Assembly (NCBI RefSeq): GCF_009914755.1
Contig: NC_060935.1
Direction: 5' to 3' (one strand)
Source of the DNA: the human T2T-CHM13v2.0 reference genome, Homo sapiens
DNA length: 64,000 nt
Below are positions 40,095 through 52,915 of this stretch, in pieces; the first letter of the stretch is position 1; every line of letters begins with the position of its first letter. Position numbers and translations under genes: made by a program. Below the pieces are notes generated by a model. It was not told where the DNA came from. It searched no databases and was given only the letters and a program-made list of their open reading frames with translations.

Positions 40095-40870
40095 AACAGT
40101 GAATGTTTATTGGCTGCTAACTCTGTGCCAAAGACTGCTCTAGATTCTTGATGTGTATGAACTTACCACAATTTCCCAACAAACCTGTGAGGTAATAAGT
40201 AGTATTTTTAAAAAGAAAAAGCTACTATTATAAAAATGGTCATGTGAAAAGTAGAAAGAGGCAAAATGAAAATCCATATTCCCACAACCTAGATCCAACA
40301 GTTGCTAACTTTTTGCCATATTTATTTGATTTCTTTCTTTTACTTAGATATTTTAAAGTAAATACATCAGCATAAATCTCCAAAAAAGCAGTACGTCGTT
40401 CCATATGACCACAATAGCATTGCCACGCCTAGGAAATTAATAACGTAACTATCTAAAATCATCGAATACTTCATATTAAAAATGTTTCAGTTATCCCTAA
40501 AATTTTTTTTTATAACTGGTGTGTTCAAGTCACACTAATGAGTTCAAGCTGATATGTGTAAAATCCGCATTTTACAAATTCAGGAAAGAAGGCACCGAGT
40601 CACACAGCTAGTCACTAGAAGAGCTGGAATTTGAACACAGACACTCCAGCTGTAGAGCCTGTTTCATAACAGTATACACATGTGAATGCACCTAACACAA
40701 TACCTGCCCCTGGCAGGGCATCTTTCTCTGCCCCACATCCTCCCCACATCCTCCTCCTCCTCCCCAGTGCTTGTCAGCCTTGGCTCCCCTTTTCACCCCA
40801 GTCCCTGTGGTACCTCTCATCTTTCCCCTTCCCCAGCCACAGTGTCCACTGTTTCCAGTAGTGTCCTCAC

Positions 40871-41026
40871 CTAATGCTGGTGCAAAGAAAGTCTGGAAGG
40901 ATGGAAGCTGCCGATCCCACTGGTATTGGACAGCGGGCTTACTCCTTGGAGACTGGCAGCTCAGGGTCACGTTTGCCCCCACATGGGGCACACCCTGGAG
41001 ACGGCAGGATGGAGGAGCTGGAGGAA
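40871..41026 (-). CDS. ESAM: ESAM exon 4
   Basis: [52 protein letters not shown]. Confidence 0.96.
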
Positions 41027-41204
41027 CTGGGCAGGGGGAGACAGATTAAAACCACACCCAGGAGACCCACAGATCCTCTCCCTCTGCCCTGCACCCTTCT
41101 GTCGCTTCATTTGTTCCTCCTCCAACTTTTGTCATTTAGGAGAGAGACTCACCAGACCTCCCAGTGCAGGTGGGGAGGGGTCCGGAAATCTGCTTCTCAC
41201 TCAC

Positions 41205-41406
41205 CCAGTACATTGAGTTCTAAGGTTTTGATGCTGTGGCCCCTAGATTTGCCTTGTTTGTCTTGCACATTCACGGAGCAGCTGTAGGGGCCAGAGTCTT
41301 TCTCCTGGAGACCCTCCAGCCGCAGGGACAGGTTCCGGGAGGGCATGGAGTAGACCAAGGATACTCCAGGTTTGCTTGTTGTGACCCCATTGATGTAGGA
41401 CAACAC
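41205..41406 (-). CDS. ESAM: ESAM exon 3
   Basis: [67 protein letters not shown]. Confidence 0.96.
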
Positions 41407-41817
41407 CTGGTGTGGGGCATAACACATCCCCGTCATTACTACATGTGTCTACTGTGCCTACAGGCTCAGCCACTCTCCCTCCCCCAGCTCGCATTCTCCA
41501 AATGCCCCTCACATGCACCCATTCTTCTAACCTGAACCAGCTCCCCATTCACCTTTTGTCCCTAGCCCCCTCTCACTGCCCCTGGGTCCTCTTCACCAGA
41601 ACAGTTCTTCGTTCCTGCGCATTGTCTCATCTCCCAATTGCGGTGTTTAGAAAGGTGACATAATAGTGGGAGGAGGGACATGTAAATAGGAGGTATGTAT
41701 ATATGCAACTCAGACTGCTGGGGTGGATCCAGGTTTGTAAGACCTGAAACTTACACAATGGGGAAGGCATCTTGGAGGAAAAAAATATTAAAAATGTATT
41801 TTAAAAGTATCAAATGA

Positions 41818-42103
41818 GGCTGGGCACGTTGCCTCATGCCTGTGAGCACTTTGGGAGGCTGAGGCAGGTGGATTGCTTGAGTCCAAGAGTTCAAGACCAG
41901 CCTGGGCAATACGGTGAAACACAGTCTCTACAAAAAATACAAAAATTAGCCTGGCATGGTGGCGTGTGCTTGTAGTCCCAGCTACTCAGGGGGCTGAGGT
42001 GGAAGGATTACTTGAGCAGGAGCGGTAGAGGCTGTAGTGAGCGAAGACTGCACCATTGCATTCCAGCCTGGGCAACAAGAGTAAGACCCCTGTCTCAAAA
42101 AAA
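41818..42103 (+). mobile_element. AluJ-like element
   Basis: Alu consensus. Confidence 0.88.
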
Positions 42104-42310
42104 TCCAGCTGACTTCCTTGAACACAGTTTTCAGGGGTTCTGAACATTGTTTCATTCTCTTCTGGGGTAAATCTGTATTTGGATGTAAGCCCGGTGTCAA
42201 AACAGATGGGTGGGAGATTGTGGGAGGAGATGGCCCCTTGGCTCTCAAGGTGGTATACAGGGGGGCAAGGTGACAGATGAGAATCATTTGGGAAGAGAAG
42301 TGGCCTGTGA

Positions 42311-42662
<352 letters not shown>

Positions 42663-43012
42663 AGAAATATGCTAACTTTTATAAGTCGTGTGTGTTACTT
42701 CCCCTAAGCGTTTCCCAGTCCTCAACTTCCATTCTTCCCCTCCTCCTCTCCTCCCTCATAACCAAGTAAAATGCCTCTCACACTTTTACAGTATTTTGTG
42801 TGCTGGATTTTTAGGGAAAGCCGGCAAAAGATAATTGTTTGGGAAGTCTCCAATATCAGAACAAAAACTGAACTGGTGAAGACTTCTGCTTTTCCCTGAA
42901 ACTCCTTCCCCGGCCCCCATTCCCTCTCCACCCCTCCCACCGCTACCAGCTCTTTGCTTACAACCCCCTCTGGGCGCAACTTGCCGCTGGCTGACAGGCG
43001 TTCTTCCCTCAC

Positions 43013-43191
43013 CTGATCCTCCTTTTCTTTCTGTTTGAAGAACCACATCACAAAGGGCACCTCCCATGGCTGGGATGAAGACACCTCCCCGTGCAAGGTG
43101 TACCACGCTGGAAGCACCACTTCCCCTCCCTCCACCGCCTGCAACCGGTTGGCGGGCAAGTGCAGTTGCAGCTGGGCCCGCGAGGGGGGCG
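43013..43191 (-). CDS. ESAM: ESAM exon 2
   Basis: [60 protein letters not shown]. Confidence 0.96.
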
Positions 43192-45330
43192 CTGGAGACA
43201 AGAGCGAGGCGTGAGTGCCCAGGACCGGCTCCCAGCTCCGCCCGCGGACCCTGCCCTACGCGGCTTCACCAGAGAGCGAGGAAAGTCGCTTTAACTGGAA
43301 AGAGGAACCTTGCGGGGTCCGGCCCCTGGAGGCCTCAAGGGGTGCCCAGGGACCACTGGCTCAGTGTCCTGCTTCCCATTTCATCACGACTTCTCTCCAC
43401 CGCCAGCCTCTGCAGTTGTAGCGGGGATGGGGACACATTTATATGCATTTATTCGTATCCAGAGGCGCAGATTTCTGAGCATCAAAGAGAGGGGGCAGAT
43501 TTCCAGCGAGGAGGGGAAGATATGAGAAGAAAGGGTGGACCGACTGTTTCTGTCGTACGCGCCACGTAGCCCACTTGCTTCCCTAGTTTTCCTGAGGGAG
43601 AGTAGGGATGCTGCTCCGGGCCGCCAGGGTCCCTCACTCCCGAGTTCTCAAAGGGCGGAGGGGTTTGGGAGGCCGTCTGGTTACCTATTAACCCTGCGGC
43701 TCCTTCTGAGCTTGCCAGGAGCTGGAGAGAGCAGAGCAGCCCAGCGCCCAAGCCTGACCCAGTGAATGCGATGCTCCCCGCCCTCCCGCGCAATCTCAGA
43801 GGCGGGCTTCCCTCGGAAAACGGAGGGTTGAAACCCAGAAAGCTCCTCGGAGCCCTTCTGGGGTTCGGGCGATCTGGGCAGAGAACTCTCGGGTGGCAAG
43901 GAATTAAGGGCAGCGCGAACGACGGTCTCTAGACAAGTATGAAGCCTCCCCTGAGTGTGTCCGGCGCTCAGGGGGTGGACCGGGGTGTTGGTTTCAAGGA
44001 GGGGGCCATCGTTTGCACCACGGCGTCCAGAAATACTCATCCTTTGCCCTTCGGGGAGGCAACAGAGCAGCCAACTGGTAAGCCCTTTGGGGAATAACCT
44101 TGGGCTTGCACACGGCCAGGCCTGAGGATGATCGCCGCTCCAGTCCCGGGCCCTACTCCCTCCAGGCCTCGGCCCTCTGCCTCGGAGCGGAAGACGCCAC
44201 CTCCGCGTGGCGAGCAGGCGGCCAACGCCGCGGGAAGAGGCCGCAGCCAGGCCCCGCTCTCCACCCTCGCCCTAGGAGAGCCAGGCTGAAGGCCTCTAAG
44301 GGCTGGGAGCCGATCCGGCCAGGATGCAAGCCTCCCCCACCGCTTCCCGGCTGCGCCGTACAGAACCCCCACCTCTGTTACTTGGCCTTCGCAGCATCCC
44401 CCTTCCCATTTCCTGGAGGATCTCTGTGGTCTGGGCAGGAAATTTGTACCCAGTGATAAGGCAGAAGACAATGAAGGGGGGGCCACTAGACCGGAGGCTC
44501 TACGGGAGGAAACAATCCCCGCCTCAAGGAGCTGGACGCCCCCTGGGGACCCGGCCCGCTGGCCATTCCGCTGAGGCCGGGCACGCCTGGAGCCTGCAGG
44601 TGCTGCCGGCTCTCCCCCAGCCTTTCTACGACACACACCCGGCGGCCAGAAAGGGTTTCCGCCGGGAAACTGCCTGGGGCCCAGAAGGGGCGCGCCCTTC
44701 CTTCACCTTGTGGACCACCAGCGACCTCCCCAGGTCCCACATTTATAATTCCACTTTCCAGAAGGTAGAGGAGAGTTAAAAGAGATAGTAACGGACACAC
44801 TGGGGTCTGGGCACATGCTCCTTGCCCTTCGCCCTGTCAGAAACTAGGAACAGAAGAGGGCCTGAGGCTTTTCTGCTCTCCCTCCTGGGTGTCTGCTGGC
44901 TCGGAAGTCACCAACTGGTCCGTTTTTTTCGGTCCCAGGGTCCACGGAGCCACTGGGAGAGAAAAGGAGTCTGGTTGGGTCTGATCGAAGGACACTGGGA
45001 CAGCCCAAGAAAGGGACCCTTCCGGCCCACAGCCCTCTCCGAGGCCAGAGTGAGGGAGCCGGCAGGGGCCGAAGGAGAGCGAAATGGGCCCGCTCCCCGG
45101 GGCTATTTTTAGTCTCCCTCTTTCTCTGAGAAACTCCCCCCGCGGGCTTCTCACGCCCCAGGGGCAGCAGCACTGAGCCGCCGAGGAGCCTACTGAGCCG
45201 GAGAGCCTCCTCCAGAGCCCAGAAGAGCGGAGCCGGGCGCCTGCACGTTGCACCGGGGTCACCAGTGCCATTTAACCCTCGAGTGGCTGGCGGGAACTGG
45301 GCAACCCCCCAGGGGGACCGATTGGAACTT
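43100..45330. promoter_or_regulatory. CpG-rich region in ESAM intron 1 with perfect MEF2 site CTATTTTTAG (45103-45112)
   Basis: Elevated CpG over ~2 kb; exact YTA(W)4TAR match. Confidence 0.55.
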
Positions 45331-46748
45331 TTGAGTCCAGGTCTTCAGTCTGACAAACTGAGGCTCAAAGCTGGGGTAGGACAAAGGGTTGCAGATGAGC
45401 AGCAGGTGAAGCCTGGGACACTCAGGCAGTCAACTTGAACTGTCCTCCCTGGCTTCAGAGATTCCCCCAGCCCCCACCCCCCACAAGGAAGGGGGATAGA
45501 GTTGGGGTGGAATGCAGAAGGAACAGAGCTGAAGTTGAAGTTGGGAAAGGCGGGATGAGAAGTCTGAGGGATCCTGGAGCAGGCCCACCAAGCCCAGAGG
45601 GACAGAAGGCTACTTGTGGCCTTGGTGTGGCCTGGGGGGCTGTACTTGAGACTCATTTTGTCCAAGGACTATAATATTGCATGCCCCGACACCTGTGGGG
45701 CACAGAACATGCTAAAGGGGACACTGGTGATCCTCATCTCTGTCCCCATCATTGTAGAATTTCACTCTACAGCTTCCCAGGCCTTACTTGTCCTGACATC
45801 CTCCAACCTGAGAAATGAGTTAAAGTCAATATAGCTAAACCCACCCTTCACTCCCATTCGAGATCCTTGAAGGGAGATGGCAAGAAAGCTGAGGGACAGC
45901 AAGTGAAATAGTTTAAAAGGGCCTAGTCCTGCCGGGTCCTCTCCCAGATGGAGTTCTGAGCCACCCCAGCTTCAGCTGAAGCCAGCGCCCCTGGAGGCCT
46001 ACAACACTTCCCAAACACTTGCTCCAAGGAGGTTCCCTTCCTCTCTGACCCTTGGCCACCCTCCTCCCAATTTCCCCTCTTCCCTTTGGCTCTGGAAACC
46101 AATAAGGGTGGTGGGCCTTGGGGGGGTGGGGTGGTCACAATTCTGTTTCTCTGTGCGTTTGAACCCCTCCCCCATTTCCTGTGTCCCAAATGACCTCACG
46201 GTCGTCCTTTTGGGGCACCTCCCTTGATTCCCAGGGCAGGAAGCAGGAGGGGGCAAGAGAGAGCATCTGCGCTGGGGAATTGACACGAAGTGCGTGTGTC
46301 AAGCCTGGGGACCAGGGGTATTTCCCCGGGGGATCTTCCTCATCAGCTTGTATGTGGGGTCGGGGATGAGAGGGGGCTAGAGTTAAGTCCTTAAGCTCTT
46401 TAGCCAGTGTCTCATCTAGCGGCTCAGCTCATCCGGCTCTGCTGGGTGGGGGGTGGGGAGTGGACAGGGTGAGGAATGGTTCCGATAACTCACCCCAGAG
46501 GTATCCAGGTCTTCCGAGAGATGCCCTTACCTCCCCCCGCCATCCGCCCCCACACCCAAACTGGGGGCTGTCCCCGACAAAGCGAGAAGTCAGCGCCAGC
46601 CAGTGATGCCCTGGAGTGGGATTAGGAGGTCAGGGGAGGAGGGCGAGTCGTGGGACCCAGTTCCGCAGCAGTGGCCAAAGTTCTCCCTCAGGGTCGAACT
46701 CACCCCATCCCGCATCCCAAGTCCCCTCCAGGTCCGGGTTTCACTCAC

Positions 46749-46818
46749 CGAGGGCACTCAGCCCCAGGAACAAAAACCGCAGCAAGTTGGTCACCAGGGG
46801 CCCCGGGAGGGAAATCAT
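46749..46818 (-). CDS. ESAM: ESAM exon 1 (signal peptide)
   Basis: gccATG; MISLPGPLVTNLLRFLFLGLSAL; gtgagt donor. Confidence 0.96.
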
Positions 46819-47985
46819 GGCCCTCCCTGGCCGGGACGGAGTCAGGGGCGCCAGCCGCGGGACGCACGGACCTGCAGGTGCCGAGGCTGCGCGACGGCCG
46901 GAGCGTGCGCGGGAGCCGAGCCGCTGACACCCAGGGCGGCTCCAGCCCAAGTCTGCGCGCCTGTGTGCCGGTGGCGGGGTGGGGACCGACGGCGACAGCG
47001 GGGCGGGGCATTCGAGGGGGCGGAGAGGTCGCCGTCCTCCCGGGCGGGGCGCGCGGGGTCCGCCGCCCGGGGGCGCCCCCAGCGCGCGGACGGCGGGACC
47101 CTGCGGCCTCCTCCAGGTCTGGACGCAGGGAGGGGTGAGGTAAGCTCTGATGCCCCACGAGCCAGCCAGGTACGAGTAGAGGGGGAAGAGGAGGCTCCAG
47201 AACTATCCTGAGCCGTAACCTTCCCTTCCGCCGGGGTGGGATAGGAAGGGTGACCAGGAAGGGTGGGAAATTTGGGGACTATCCGAAGTCAGAACCACCC
47301 GTAACACCTGACATGTAAACGCTCCTGGGCTCTGGCTCCAAACTTGGGGGTGCCGCATCCCCGGCCCAATCAGGGCGGTCTTCCTGAAGGAGGAAGAGGG
47401 GAGCAGCGTTTTCCAGCTGCAGGGAGAGGCCGGAGCGCCGGCCGCGCGGGCTCCCTGGCACAGCGGGAATCTGTGGCTTTCCTGGAGGCGGGGGCTGCGC
47501 GGCCACCGGAGCGCGGCAGCGAGGGCGACGGCAGAGGTCGCGCGGGAGCCCAGGGCGCCCCGGGACGCGCCAGCGGGGAATCTTCACCCGCGGGCAGGAA
47601 AAAGCGCTCCGCGAGTTCAGCAGACCCCAGCCCAGGCTGGAGGATTACCCCGGCCTGTGCCTCATACTCCGAGCAGGGAAGGTTGGCACAAGGTAGTCCC
47701 GGGAGCTGAGCAGGAAACTGAGGCAACGTGCGTGCTGCTCCCAGCTTAGCCCCTGAAATGAGCGGCGTACGGGCCTGATGCTGACTGGGGAGGAGGGGCG
47801 GCTGCGGGAAGGAAGACAGGACAGTCCCTCCGTTTCTTCTTTATCCCCCAAATCTTCAGTGCCTCCCATCCCCGCAGCGAAAGGCTCAGGCGCGCTCTGA
47901 TCCTTTAATTCCCGAGACTAGATCTTGGTCGCTGTGAATTGAATTTTACGCCCCCCTTCCCGCGCCATTCGGTCAAAAGGCACCT

Positions 47986-48004
47986 CTGCGCCCTCTGGCG
48001 GCCG
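47986..48004 (-). promoter_or_regulatory. CTCF-consensus site
   Basis: Reverse strand CGGCCGCCAGAGGGCGCAG closely matches the CTCF core (CCASYAGRKGGCRS). Confidence 0.6.
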
Positions 48005-48057
48005 CCGCTCCCTTACAGAAAGGCACGCACCTGTTCTTGCTTTTCTGTCCAACAGCC

Positions 48058-48088
<31 letters not shown>

Positions 48089-50458
48089 CTTCAAACATCC
48101 CAGCACAGCTCAACCACCCAGCAAAGGTCAGTGAGGGAAGAAAGCATAACAACGAATTCCTGACGCTGCCCGCTCTGCGGGCAGAGCTGTCTGGGAAGAA
48201 AAGCAGCCAGGCCTGCGGGATTCCATTTACTGCACATAGTTTTGCTGTTTTAACAGAGTGTAGTCCCTGGGCCCACACTTCACACAAGATCTTTTTCTAT
48301 ACAGTGCCCCATATGCCCTCTCAGCTGCTTCTTTCTAGTGTGACCTGCCTGGCTCCTCTTCAAATACCTGCCATGCAGTGGCTTTGAGAAATGCCTATGC
48401 AAACACAAAACTGCTCATGCAAACCCTAGAATCTAGTACTTGGCAGCTCAGTGGAGGCACAGACAACAGGAAGAGATACCTGCCAGTCTCACACTCTTGT
48501 GTAGGGAGCTACAAACTTGGACTTGGCCAAGCAGATTGTGTGGTGGGGTTGGGGGCTGTTGGTTTGGTTTTCCTATTCCATCACACTCAAATTTTTCTTG
48601 GCTTTAGTCTGCATTGCAAACCATCTCTTGTAAACACCCCTCCTTTGTTTCCAGACAAGTCACCCCAAATAAGTAACTCCTTCCAAGAGAGGAAGTACAA
48701 AGTCTTTTGGTTCTAACCCAGAAACACCAAGTATCTAATCACACAGGCTGTGCTTATCCTGATCAAGTGCTACATAAGGTGTAGCCTCAACATTCATTCC
48801 CTGTAGCTAACTTTTCCTTCAGAATTCAGATCCCAAATGACTTGTGACATGGGAAGTAAAGCTGCAACCAATGATTTGTAGTCAGTGAATGTCTCCATGT
48901 GACACAGGGGCAGTCTCTTCAAGATTCTTTGACCGTAAAGAATTGTCCTCACTGTCTCCTGTCTCCTATTTCAGCTATTTCTTTCTTCTGACCCTGAGGG
49001 CAGTCAAGTCGTAGAAGTTAGCAGAGCAGCTCCATTACTTTGTGAAAGTTTTCACCAAGATGCATTTTAGGGTGGACTGCTCTCCACCCTGGTGTAAATC
49101 ATGAATGCTGACACAGATGATCTATGTGCGACCTGGGAACTGCTTACATAAACGTGTGCAAGAGCTAGTTCATAGTTTCATATGTTAGAGACTTGCAGGT
49201 CATTAGTGTTTCTTCCAATCACATCTCATGTTAGATTCCGAAAGTAATTCCTAATATTTACCTTTACATTTGAATATACTTTCTCTGTCCCCCTTGAATC
49301 AGTTATAAGGCTTCATTAAGGTCTAAATATTCCATTTCTTATTTTCGGCAGTGCTCATAGTTATCTGACATCCTGCTATCTTCTTTTCTAGACTGTTCTG
49401 GCCAAAGAGACTGGAGATCCAGTATCAGCAAGCTACTTTCTTGGTAAACCTCCATTTCCCAATGCTCATCTTTGTCCTCTACCCCCACCCATCCCAAGGC
49501 AAATGATGAAAACATCTATTGGATCCAGCCTTTGCTATCTTCTCCATGCTGCTCATAGTGGGTCTAGCAATGTCCCATTCTCGGTAATGTTTGGTAGGTC
49601 TAAAACATCCTCACGAAATGTTCCCCAAATGTTCTGCTCCAGCTGAGCAACTAATAACAATGGGAAGATGCAGAAAAAAAATGCATGGAGCATAATGTTA
49701 GTTTTGGGACTCGTCAGTGGCAACGTTTTAGAGATGCCATGAAGAATTCCTGGTAATAATCCTTCTTCCTACAGCATTTAGCAATGAATACTATGGGATT
49801 ATGGCTAAAAGATGGTCAAGACTGCCTCAGCCATTAGGATCAGAATTCTAAGTTCCAAAGAAGAGCAAACTCAAGAGGATTTCCTCAGGCCTCTGACTAT
49901 AGATGCTGCCTGGGGAGAACAGGTGCTACACTCAAAACATTCTCATTTTATTTATATCCTCCCTGAACTAGTACCCAACTCCATAACCCCAGACTCAAAT
50001 AACAGAAATAAAAGCCATCTCACTGATTATAAGCTCTCTAGTTATTACAAAAATAAATAAGCATCAATCAACCAACAGGCATCAGAATGAGAAAATCACT
50101 GATTTGAGACATTCAGGCTGCAGGAAAAGAACACTTTTTGTTAATATGTAACTATATCTTCAGTAGTACAGAAAAATGAGAAGAACGAGAGTTCTTACCT
50201 GGATTTGCGGCTCACTTAAAGTAGAGCACCTGAGATGCTGGGAAATCATAAAGATAAATAACCAATCTAACAAATTCCTGCCATGAGACCAAAGTGATCC
50301 TTGACTACTCTATTAGTAAGCGACTCTGAGCCAAGAGTACGAACCTGTAAGTGGAGTGGTGGTTGGCCCATTAGAAATCTCTGAAAGATCTAAACATGAC
50401 AGTTACCTTCCTACTGGACTCATACTTCTCAATTCCCTCTCCTAAAAGAATACTTTTG

Positions 50459-50782
50459 GGCTGGCCCCAGTGGCTCACACCTGTAATCTCGGCACTTTGG
50501 GAAGCCAAGGTGGGAGGATTGCTTGAGGACAAGAGTTTGAGACCAGCTCGGTGGAAACATAGCACCATCCATGTCTCTACCAAAAAAAGAAAAAAAAAAG
50601 TGAAAAACATTGCTGGCGTGGTGGCACTTGAGCCTGTAGTTTCAGCTGCTCAGGAAGCTTTGAGGCAGGAGGATTACTTGAGCCCAGGAGTTCGAGACTG
50701 CAGTGAGCTATGATTGTACTACTGCACTCCAGCCTGGGTGACAGAGCAAGACCCTGTCTTAAAAAAAAAAAAAAAAAAAAAA
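50459..50782 (+). mobile_element. AluJ-like element
   Basis: Alu consensus with poly(A). Confidence 0.88.
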
Positions 50783-51173
50783 TTTCTACTGGATCTTCCT
50801 TCCTTTTGAGAGATAGCAAGATTACATCAGTTTTCCAGTTGTACTCCTTGAGAGCTGCCCCTGAGTACTGAGTGTAAAAGATGAGGAATGAGTCTCTTAC
50901 AAATTGATGTACTTAGGGTCAAAAGGATTATCCTAGTCATTTTTAGTCATTTTTCAAAGAATTACAAAATGAGATGTTCAGTGACCTTTGGTACTCTGAC
51001 AGTAAATAATGACATTGGTCAGTGAGGTATAGAGAATGAAAGGATGTGAAGATACCCTGCTCTGTTTGTTCTCTTCATTCTTAGCAGTCAAGTCAGAGCG
51101 CAGCCCCCACTGCCAGTGCAGCCACACTCTGCTACAAAAAGCTCAACTAGTACGCCAAGGGGCCAGGAATTAC

Positions 51174-51838
51174 TTTAATTTTTTTTTTTTAAAAAAAGGT
51201 TTAAATGGCAACACAACTGTAAAGTTGGTACATCACAGAAACAAAGGTCTTTGCAAGCAATACTGATTGGAAATAGCAAAACACTTGGCTGGTGAAAAAA
51301 ATGAAAATCTAAATTATATACAATAGTAGCTAAGGGTGATATTGAAAAAGTCTTTTTAACTGTGAATCAAGATTTAACTTGCCATTATCTATTGCTTATT
51401 TATTCAGGGTTGTAAATATTACTTATATAGAGACATAGAGATGTGTAAAAATGAAACATTGTGAAAAAAATACAATTTTTCAATTTCATATGAAACTCAA
51501 AGTATAAGTTTTGTCCAATATGGAATGTACCTACATTTGTTTATATTAGGGCTCTAAAATCCATTTAAAAATTGTTTTTCTGTTTTTAAAAAAGAAATAG
51601 CTGACCCACCATGCAAGTTCGCTATATATCTTGCTTGCTCAAAATGAGCATTTTCAGGTGAGGTCTGTTTTTTCTGGCCCAAGTCTACTATGATTCCTTA
51701 GAAGTCGTACTGGCCCAATTGAAGAAAGGGTTTCCATGAAGAGTCTGACGGCGGCATCTGGATGAGGGGTGGTCCGGGTAATGGGAAGTGAGTAGAGAAG
51801 AAGGAGCTAAGAGCCCAAATCCTTATGAAGGATGACAT
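51174..51838 (-). other. MSANTD2: MSANTD2 3' UTR (ATTAAA at 51174-51179; AATAAA at 51399-51404)
   Basis: AU-rich sequence downstream of the stop with poly(A) hexamers. Confidence 0.65.
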
Positions 51839-52691
51839 TCAGTTGTTAAATTTTAAGGGGTATCCAATGGCTTTTTCCAGGCACTCAACTAAAGAGCCTG
51901 CGGAAAGAAAATCCCTCTCTACTTCTACAAATTTGATGTAGATGGATTTGGGGGAAACTCCGGGATCCACAATACAGTTCTGAGACAAAAACCCGTTAAT
52001 ACCAACCCAATCTTTGCTGAAGGTTTTGGTATTCGCTTGGAAATGTAAAAATAAGCACTGCTGTAGAGTCCTGACCTCAGCAATCCCGAGGTAGCAATAG
52101 ATAATTCGGGTGGGTTCTATTTCCACCTGTAATGAGGCTTGTGCTGAAAGGGTTTCCAGGTCAACCCGGCCCTCTTTTCCTGGGTCCAGGGAACTTTGCT
52201 CCATGTGTGGTGAGAGGGGCCTCTCAATACATTCTTCATAGCCAATGGCATAAAGGCCTGGGCTTTTAGGAATACCCCCAGGCAATAAATATTGAACAAC
52301 ATTCCCACCAGTTGGTTTGGAGTGGGCAATGGGTATCCAGTCAATTTCCATGTGCAGCTCCAAGCACCTAGCTTCGCTAATAGTGATCTCTAAAAATTTG
52401 TAGTAAACATTTTTCCAGTTCATTTTCTGCACTCGGGTCATAATGATCCGTCCTTCAGGCTTCTCAGAGTTGAAGTACTCCCGAAGTCGCTTGCCAAGGG
52501 GCACCTGGGAGCTGATCTCAGCATAATGGTAACGGATATCCTCTTTCCAACGGGTGTTATAACCAATTCCAAAAATGGCCAGTTTATTAGAAAGATGGAG
52601 CCTTGAAAAGTCTGTCCAGCTCTGAAAAAGTTCCCATTTCAACTGTACCGATTCCAAAATCTGTACAATATTCTGCATGATGTCTCTCTTC
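51839..52691 (-). CDS. MSANTD2: MSANTD2 terminal coding exon
   Basis: ttgtctttccag|[26 protein letters not shown]...[11 protein letters not shown]; 853 nt, in phase with the upstream exon. Confidence 0.92.
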
Positions 52692-52731
52692 CTGGAAAGA
52701 CAAATAAAAGTCAAATTCCCTAAGTATCTAG

Positions 52732-52915
52732 AACAGCGGTGTCAGATAGAACTTTCTGTGATGATGGAAATGTTCTGTATCTGCTGCCCAATATGGTGGC
52801 CACTAGAACATGAAATGTGGCTGAGGTATTACATTTTTAATTATATTTAGTTTAAAATTACATTTAAATAGCCACATGTGACTAGCAGCTACTGTACTGG
52901 GCAGTGTAAGTCTAG
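52732..52915. mobile_element. MER3-like hAT DNA transposon
   Basis: tagaactttctgtgatgatggaaatgttctgtatctg...aatatggtggccactag...agccacatgtgactag. Confidence 0.7.

Larger units (their letters stand above)
46540..48220. promoter_or_regulatory. ESAM: ESAM promoter CpG island with GC boxes
   Basis: Very high CpG density; ggggcgggg repeats at ~47000-47050. Confidence 0.8.
43800..50060 (+). ncRNA. Probable antisense/divergent lncRNA (ESAM-AS1 region); boundaries not resolvable from sequence
   Basis: Recalled antisense annotation at this locus. + strand donors CTG|GTAAGC (44078) and GAG|GTAAGC (47140), pyrimidine-rich acceptors at 48974 and 49391, AATAAA at 50007-50012. Confidence 0.35.

Noticed and set aside
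52692-52714. N-terminal MTFICLS of the 291-aa ORF
   Set aside because: Intronic polypyrimidine tract with a TTG pseudo-start; the real exon begins at 52691.
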